Origin: a virus
Taxonomy: Duplodnaviria > Heunggongvirae > Uroviricota > Caudoviricetes
Virus record (IMG/VR): IMGVR_UViG_3300021440_000016
Direction: 5' to 3' (one strand)
Length of the DNA: 20,351 nucleotides
In this document: piece after piece, positions 16,200-20,351 of the stretch
Layout: each line of letters starts with the position of its first letter
How positions within the stretch are numbered: position 1 is the first letter of the stretch
Translations under genes and position numbers: made by a program
Notes under the pieces: model-generated
Told to the model about the DNA's origin: nothing
The model's database searches: none
What the model saw: only the letters and a program-made list of their open reading frames with translations

Positions 16200-16241
16200 T
16201 CCCGCGCACGGAAGCACTAGAAGTTGCGGAGAGTTTTTAAC

Positions 16242-16321
16242 CGGGCTGTATCCCCTTCCTCTTATAAAGGATAGAAAGGGTAGTTGGTAACACGTGGGTT
16301 CAAATCCCACCAGCCCGACCA
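16242..16321 (+). tRNA. Atypical tRNA-like RNA, anticodon UAU (Ile-like), non-canonical arm order, CCA encoded
   Basis: Acceptor CGGGCTG/CAGCCCG plus A-CCA; T arm GTGGG-TTCAAAT-CCCAC; anticodon arm TCCT-CTTATAA-AGGA. There is no D arm 5' of the anticodon arm, and AGTTGGTA occurs 3' of it. Confidence 0.8.
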
Positions 16322-16329
16322 TTTTATTT

Positions 16330-16446
16330 ATGATTGAATACCAATACAAATGCCCTAAATGTAATAAAACCATTACATTAGGGAGCAGACACAACTACTA
16401 TAAGTGCCCCTATTGTAAAAAAGCTAAGATGTATATTGTCAAGTAA
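16330..16446 (+). CDS. 38-aa Zn-ribbon protein
   Basis: MIEYQYKCPKC...YKCPYC; two CxxC motifs. Confidence 0.6.
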   Translation: MIEYQYKCPKCNKTITLGSRHNYYKCPYCKKAKMYIVK

Positions 16447-16456
16447 AGGAGTAAGT

Positions 16457-16714
16457 ATGTACGTTATTAAAGCCCTATTCCGAGTAGATCCTAATGCCTA
16501 CACTGTACAGGAATTTGTCCTTAATAAGGAAAGTCAATGGGTAATCGCCACTGGGGATGCTATTATGTTCTATAATGTTGAAAGCGCAGTGAATTTTGCT
16601 AAGGGTTCTAAAATTATAGAAAGTCTATCTAGACTCGGATCGGGATCAATGCCTTATATCGTCGGGCCGCGCGGCGGGAAGTATTCAATCTTTACCGGGA
16701 GACTTTTAAAATGA
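16457..16714 (+). CDS. Hypothetical early protein
   Basis: Track ORF 16436..16714; ATG 16457 has an AAGGAG RBS. Confidence 0.7.
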   Translation: MYVIKALFRVDPNAYTVQEFVLNKESQWVIATGDAIMFYNVESAVNFAKGSKIIESLSRLGSGSMPYIVGPRGGKYSIFTGRLLK

Positions 16715-16947
16715 GCGGGGAAAAAGAATTTATTTATGAATATGAGCACTATGTAAAGACTATGCCCTATAGCGAAGTGATGATGCATATGAAGCTGACA
16801 GGTACTAAATGTCGTATCAGCTTTCAAGGTGTATCAGTTAAAGTGTGACCAGATATTGACCGTGGTGGATACGTTACTGTAACTCCCAGCGAAGCTGGCC
16901 TACATTGGGACGACGAAGAGAATCGGTATTACTTTCGTAAGGAGTGA
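16711..16947 (+). pseudogene. Early ORF interrupted by an in-frame TGA at 16846-48
   Basis: 45 codons, TGA, then 32 sense codons (PDIDRGGYVTVTPSEAGLHWDDEENRYYFRKE) ending 2 nt before the next ATG; the downstream part has no start or RBS of its own. Confidence 0.55.
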
Positions 16948-16949
16948 AT

Positions 16950-17396
16950 ATGTTTAAATCTATTAACGTTGAAAAGAAGTTTTCGAAACTGAATAAAGAG
17001 CTTAAGAATGAATACGGAAGTAAGGCGGTTCAGGCCATCTTCAATGGAGATCAATACGGCGCCGAACATTACTCAAGGAGGGGAGCTAAAGGATTTTCCT
17101 TTAGCGTCCCTTACCGTCCGCGCTTGCGTATTTTTAAATCATCTAGCGGCAAGCTTGTGTTTAACCCTTATACCGGTCATGGTACTAGCTATGATTGGTA
17201 TTCTATTGCCCAAGTGTTTAATGGTAAATTGATTCTAAATACTTATCGTTATAGCGTTACCACTAATAAACATATCCAGGAACTACATTCCCTCTTTAAT
17301 CAACTCGGTCTGAAGTATCAGACCATTGAAGCACCTAGAGGATTGCAGGACCTAGATCAAGCAATGCGTTCTAACACTCTCGCGCTTTACGGTTAA
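16950..17396 (+). CDS. Hypothetical phage protein
   Basis: Track ORF 16944..17396; ATG 16950 has an AAGGAG RBS. Confidence 0.75.
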   Translation: MFKSINVEKKFSKLNKELKNEYGSKAVQAIFNGDQYGAEHYSRRGAKGFSFSVPYRPRLRIFKSSSGKLVFNPYTGHGTSYDWYSIAQVFNGKLILNTYRYSVTTNKHIQELHSLFNQLGLKYQTIEAPRGLQDLDQAMRSNTLALYG

Positions 17397-17536
17397 AGTT
17401 CCTAGAACCGACTCAGCTAACTATGACTTGATCTTTGAACATAACTACGCTATGTATATGGCGGATGCGTTCAATATCAAGCCTATGTTTCTAATGATCT
17501 ATACGGAGAATTGAATCATAAGAATCGAGGATCAGT

Positions 17537-18097
17537 ATGTCTGGCTGCAGGCCGCTTACTAGGGAAGAATCGGATAAAGTTTTATCTCTGCTTAAAACAC
17601 AGCGAGATAAGACTTTGTTCATTCTTGGTATTAAATCAGGATTTCGTATCTCCGAATTGTTGACTATCCGAGTCAGGGATATTATCCAGAATGATCAGGT
17701 AGTTAATAGAATCAAGGTGTCTAGGATGTACATGAAAGCTAACAGGACAAGAGAAGTAGCTCTTAATCCCGTTGCTAAAGAATACATTCTGGAGTTGATT
17801 CTTCGGGACAAGTTGGAACCGAATCATTATCTATTCCGCTCTAGGAAAGGAGACAACAAGCCTATCACGCGGGTACAAGCTTGGTATGTGCTGAAGCAGG
17901 CATTCAACACGGCAGGGCTACTCGGGACTACTGGTACACATTCCATGCGAAAGTCCTTCGGCATGAATGTCTATAGGGCTTTAGGTAATGATCTAGTAGC
18001 CACGCAGAAAGCGTTGGGCCATTCGGACATTGGCTCTACTATTGCATATCTTCCCACGGACGACGAGGAGATTGACAAGGTGATTGTAAATCTGTAG
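17537..18097 (+). CDS. Small tyrosine recombinase (catalytic domain only)
   Basis: GFRISE (R), K in VSRMYMK, THSMRK (H-x-x-R), LGHS (H) and TIAYL (Y); 186 aa. Confidence 0.92.
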   Translation: MSGCRPLTREESDKVLSLLKTQRDKTLFILGIKSGFRISELLTIRVRDIIQNDQVVNRIKVSRMYMKANRTREVALNPVAKEYILELILRDKLEPNHYLFRSRKGDNKPITRVQAWYVLKQAFNTAGLLGTTGTHSMRKSFGMNVYRALGNDLVATQKALGHSDIGSTIAYLPTDDEEIDKVIVNL

Positions 18098-18100
18098 TAT
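18072..18100 (+). promoter_or_regulatory. Sigma70-type promoter driving the downstream tRNA-like RNA
   Basis: TTGACA (18072-77), 17 nt, TAGTAT (18095-100). Confidence 0.65.
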
Positions 18101-18180
18101 AGAACTGCTACGTATATAGATGTTCAGTGACGAGCAGACACAACGTGTCCTTGTCGCCGGAAGTCCGGACCGTAGCAAAG

Positions 18181-18245
18181 CAGTAGGTAGTTTAATAGGT
18201 TAAAACACCGGAAGGAGACTGCAGGTTCAACTCCTGTCCTACTGC
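18181..18245 (+). ncRNA. tRNA-like RNA with the anticodon arm reduced to a 2-bp GGAA tetraloop
   Basis: Acceptor CAGTAGG/CCTACTG (extends to 10 bp); TA linker; D arm GTTT-AATAGGTTA-AAAC; CC-GGAA-GG; variable AGACT; T arm GCAGG-TTCAACT-CCTGT; no encoded CCA. Confidence 0.8.
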
Positions 18246-18301
18246 TTATTAATTTATCCTATCGTTAAAAATTAGTCCCGGCAAAAACAAGGGCATGATT
18301 T

Positions 18302-18335
18302 GGGGCGGGTTTAAAAGACTTGCCCCTTTTTATTT
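18302..18335 (+). terminator. Rho-independent terminator
   Basis: GGGGCGGGT/ACTTGCCCC stem followed by TTTTTATTT. Confidence 0.85.
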
Positions 18336-18336
18336 C

Positions 18337-18365
18337 TTGACGCCCGCTGAAGCCTTTTGTATAGA
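18337..18365 (+). promoter_or_regulatory. Putative sigma70-type promoter of the response regulator
   Basis: TTGACG, 17 nt, TATAGA; the predicted +1 falls at or next to ATG 18372. Confidence 0.45.
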
Positions 18366-18371
18366 AGGGCT

Positions 18372-18713
18372 ATGAAAATCCTAATTGTAGAAGATGACGA
18401 TGCTATTTGTCAAACACTGAAATTAATCGTGCAGATGAACGCTCACTTTGCCGAATGCGCTATGACGATTAAAGATGCAAAAAGGTTGTTGACTGAAAAT
18501 CAATACGATGCTATATGCCTAGATCTATTGATTCAAGGTGAAATGTCAACAGATCTTTTAAAATTAAAAGGGAAATCAAAAGCAATAGTGCTGTCCGCTT
18601 GGCATCAAGCTCCGGCTATTGCAGCTGAGTACTCTCTTGATTTGATAAAAAAACCATTCGATATCGAAGAGCTTGAAAAAAAGCTGTTGACAAAAGACAC
18701 TGACCTGAACTAA
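18372..18713 (+). CDS. Single-domain response regulator (CheY-like receiver)
   Basis: KILIVEDD acidic pocket, phospho-acceptor D in ICLDLL, S in IVLSA, and KKPF; no output domain. Start reassigned to ATG 18372. Confidence 0.88.
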   Translation: MKILIVEDDDAICQTLKLIVQMNAHFAECAMTIKDAKRLLTENQYDAICLDLLIQGEMSTDLLKLKGKSKAIVLSAWHQAPAIAAEYSLDLIKKPFDIEELEKKLLTKDTDLN

Positions 18714-18758
18714 TACAGAACGCGCTGCAATAACGCAGTACTAAAGGAGAACGTAAAA

Positions 18759-19223
18759 ATGAGTCCTATTCTTGACGGTAATAAAATTAAACAGATCACG
18801 AACGCTACGCCGACCGCAGAGGTTACTATGATGAGCCTTGCGCTTCGTCAGCGTATGCGCCCATATTCTAACTTGAGGCAGGCCAAGATGCAATTGATTC
18901 GAGAAGGCGCAAAAGTTGTAGACAAAGAATTTGTCCAATTTTGGAAAGAACTTGAAGATGCAGATGTCGGCAGTCTCGTATATGGTAAAACTGGGCAGCC
19001 TGAGAAGTTTCAATGGTACTACAATCTCAAGACGATCGCTCGCGCAGCGATTGAGGGTAAGCCGATTAACACTGAAAAGCTTCCCGACGTAGAAAAGAAG
19101 ATGGCTAGAACTGCGAGAGCCAAGCTAGAGGCCAAGCCACGCAGGAAGTCCACGGTACAGGTTACGCTGACACGTAGCGAGCTGAACTTGTTCAATAAGC
19201 TACTGAACAAGATCAGTAAATAA
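18759..19223 (+). CDS. Basic hypothetical protein, possibly DNA-binding
   Basis: 154 aa with AAGGAG RBS and a Lys/Arg-rich C-terminus. Confidence 0.75.
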   Translation: MSPILDGNKIKQITNATPTAEVTMMSLALRQRMRPYSNLRQAKMQLIREGAKVVDKEFVQFWKELEDADVGSLVYGKTGQPEKFQWYYNLKTIARAAIEGKPINTEKLPDVEKKMARTARAKLEAKPRRKSTVQVTLTRSELNLFNKLLNKISK

Positions 19224-19246
19224 AAGCCGCTTGCTTATGACTGAAT

Positions 19247-19283
19247 GCCCCGGTAGGATGCTTCTTGCCGGGGCTTTTTATTT
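19247..19283 (+). terminator. Rho-independent terminator
   Basis: GCCCCGGTAGGA/TCTTGCCGGGGC stem followed by TTTTTATTT. Confidence 0.88.
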
Positions 19284-19333
19284 GAAAACGTTAACTTCGC
19301 ATATCCATCTTTCATACTCTAGGAGGATCTAGT

Positions 19334-19582
19334 ATGATTAAATATTCAATTCGATACCTTTTCTGTAATTCTATCGCAGATCAGCTGTGGGATATCTACG
19401 ATGAGTCTGAAGCTAGACCTTTTAGCAGTGCTGCTTCTAGTCCTATCGAGATTCTCGCTGATCTAATGTCAGCTAACTATTTGAACTTAGATGGTAGCTA
19501 TGAGTATGTTGATCATCGTCACCATGCTACGGTGATTGACTCAGTGACCCGTAAACCTATCCTTCACCTTGAGGAGGTCTGA
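19334..19582 (+). CDS. Hypothetical protein
   Basis: 82 aa with AGGAGG RBS. Confidence 0.75.
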   Translation: MIKYSIRYLFCNSIADQLWDIYDESEARPFSSAASSPIEILADLMSANYLNLDGSYEYVDHRHHATVIDSVTRKPILHLEEV

Positions 19583-19695
19583 TGTTTCTTCCAATTCTCG
19601 CTGTAGCGAGTCTCTATTGTCTATTCACTGGCTCTATTGGAATTGGAATTCTTCTAGCTTGCGTTGTGGCTTTTGTTCAGTGGACCTTCGAATAG
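19582..19695 (+). CDS. 37-aa membrane peptide
   Basis: GAGGAGG RBS and TGATG coupling; MFLPILAVASLYCLFTGSIGIGILLACVVAFVQWTFE. Confidence 0.65.
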   Translation: MFLPILAVASLYCLFTGSIGIGILLACVVAFVQWTFE

Positions 19696-19791
19696 TCCTG
19701 TATCAATTCATAAGTATATAGACATTTAGTTTTTTATGTCTTACGCTGATACTTATGTATTTGAGTATATCATAAACCAAAGGAGAAGTCA

Positions 19792-20247
19792 ATGCGTGCA
19801 GTTTATATTCTTACTTTGTCTACGTTCGTTTTCGGGTGCACCCCGATAACTCCGCAAATGATTGCAGGCAAGAACGAATGCAAGGCAGTGAGCAGCCTAG
19901 ACTCTATTGAGGTTGACTGTGGAAGCTATACCTACTCAATCCCTAAACCTAAAGATGGAAAGGATGGTAAAGACGGTGCAGACGGAACTAACGGGCAGGA
20001 TGCGGCGGCTAGCCAATACGATATTGTCTCTGTACTTGACCCATGCGGAGACACTGCTAATGTGGTTGATGAGGTTCTCCTGAAGCTTCGGAACGGTCAA
20101 ACCCTAGCTAGCTTTAGTGATTCTAGTGGTGGATCTAATACCCGGTTCAGTCTCATCGGCCCCGGAAACTACGTCACGACCGACGGCAGCAACTGTTACT
20201 TTACGATTGACGCTGACGGTAATATGATCAATGATCATAGGAGTTGA
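19792..20247 (+). CDS. Predicted lipoprotein with a short collagen-like (G-X-Y) segment
   Basis: Signal peptide ending FVFG-C (lipobox-like); GKDGKDGADGTNGQD repeats; Cys-containing C-terminal domain. Confidence 0.75.
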   Translation: MRAVYILTLSTFVFGCTPITPQMIAGKNECKAVSSLDSIEVDCGSYTYSIPKPKDGKDGKDGADGTNGQDAAASQYDIVSVLDPCGDTANVVDEVLLKLRNGQTLASFSDSSGGSNTRFSLIGPGNYVTTDGSNCYFTIDADGNMINDHRS

Positions 20248-20249
20248 GT

Positions 20250-20351
20250 ATGAAAAAGATACCATTTGAACACAAGGATATGACCTACACCATCATCACT
20301 TTAGGTGATGTTGTAACTAGTGGGATCAGTCTACGGAAGATTCGATGGATG
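20250..20351 (+). CDS. Hypothetical protein, truncated by the window end
   Basis: ATG 20250 (MKKIPFEHKDMTYTII...) is open to the end of the window. Confidence 0.55.
   Translation, partial: MKKIPFEHKDMTYTIITLGDVVTSGISLRKIRWM

Noticed and set aside
12921-16947. Alternative genetic code (TAG=Gln or TGA=Trp) suggested by internal stops
   Set aside because: TGA and TAG act as normal stops elsewhere: the paralogous SAM lyases end TGA/TAA at the same codon, and the endolysin and recombinase end in TAG at expected lengths. No suppressor tRNA is present in the window.
17355-17515. Open +1 frame overlapping the end of ORF 16950-17396 (…VKVPRTDSANYDLIFEHN…), a possible frameshift extension
   Set aside because: No slippery sequence or clear start/RBS was identified, and it cannot be distinguished from chance without homologs.
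18100-18185. Possible HDV-like (theta) ribozyme next to the tRNA-like RNA
   Set aside because: Candidate P2/P3 exist, but no P1 helix with the correct G-start pairing could be built.
14057-19210. Minus-strand ORFs in the early arm (14057, 14236, 15071, 16179, 17636, 17993, 18741, 19019)
   Set aside because: They are antisense to well-supported plus-strand genes or RNAs and carry no recognisable motifs.

Overview
This window is about 20 kb of a tailed dsDNA phage (Caudoviricetes) spanning the junction of two divergent arms. The left arm (1-8780, minus strand) is the late module: membrane protein, putative TerS, TerL, portal, several virion/tail proteins including an Mtd-N/Gly-rich fibre, and a truncated virion protein. 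At 8950-11624 lie a plus-strand M15 peptidase endolysin, small Zn-binding ORFs and a degenerate GIY-YIG-like ORF. The non-coding region 11625-12330 has G/C runs, short iterated motifs and a perfect 7-1-7 Fur-type palindrome, and is a likely control or packaging region. The right arm (12330-20351, plus strand) is the early module and is unusually rich in RNA elements. It opens with a ~330-nt structured stretch of unknown class followed by a complete type III hammerhead ribozyme 11 nt upstream of the first early start codon. It then carries a duplicated [membrane peptide + T3-type SAM lyase] unit, a tRNA-like RNA (UAU, CCA end) whose D-loop consensus sits 3' of the anticodon arm, and a catalytic-domain-only tyrosine recombinase. 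Further right are a second tRNA-like RNA lacking an anticodon arm in its own promoter-terminator unit, a single-domain response regulator and a collagen-like lipoprotein. Three small early ORFs are each interrupted by one in-frame stop at a plausible Trp codon. All calls were made by eye with no database searches, and the host is unknown.
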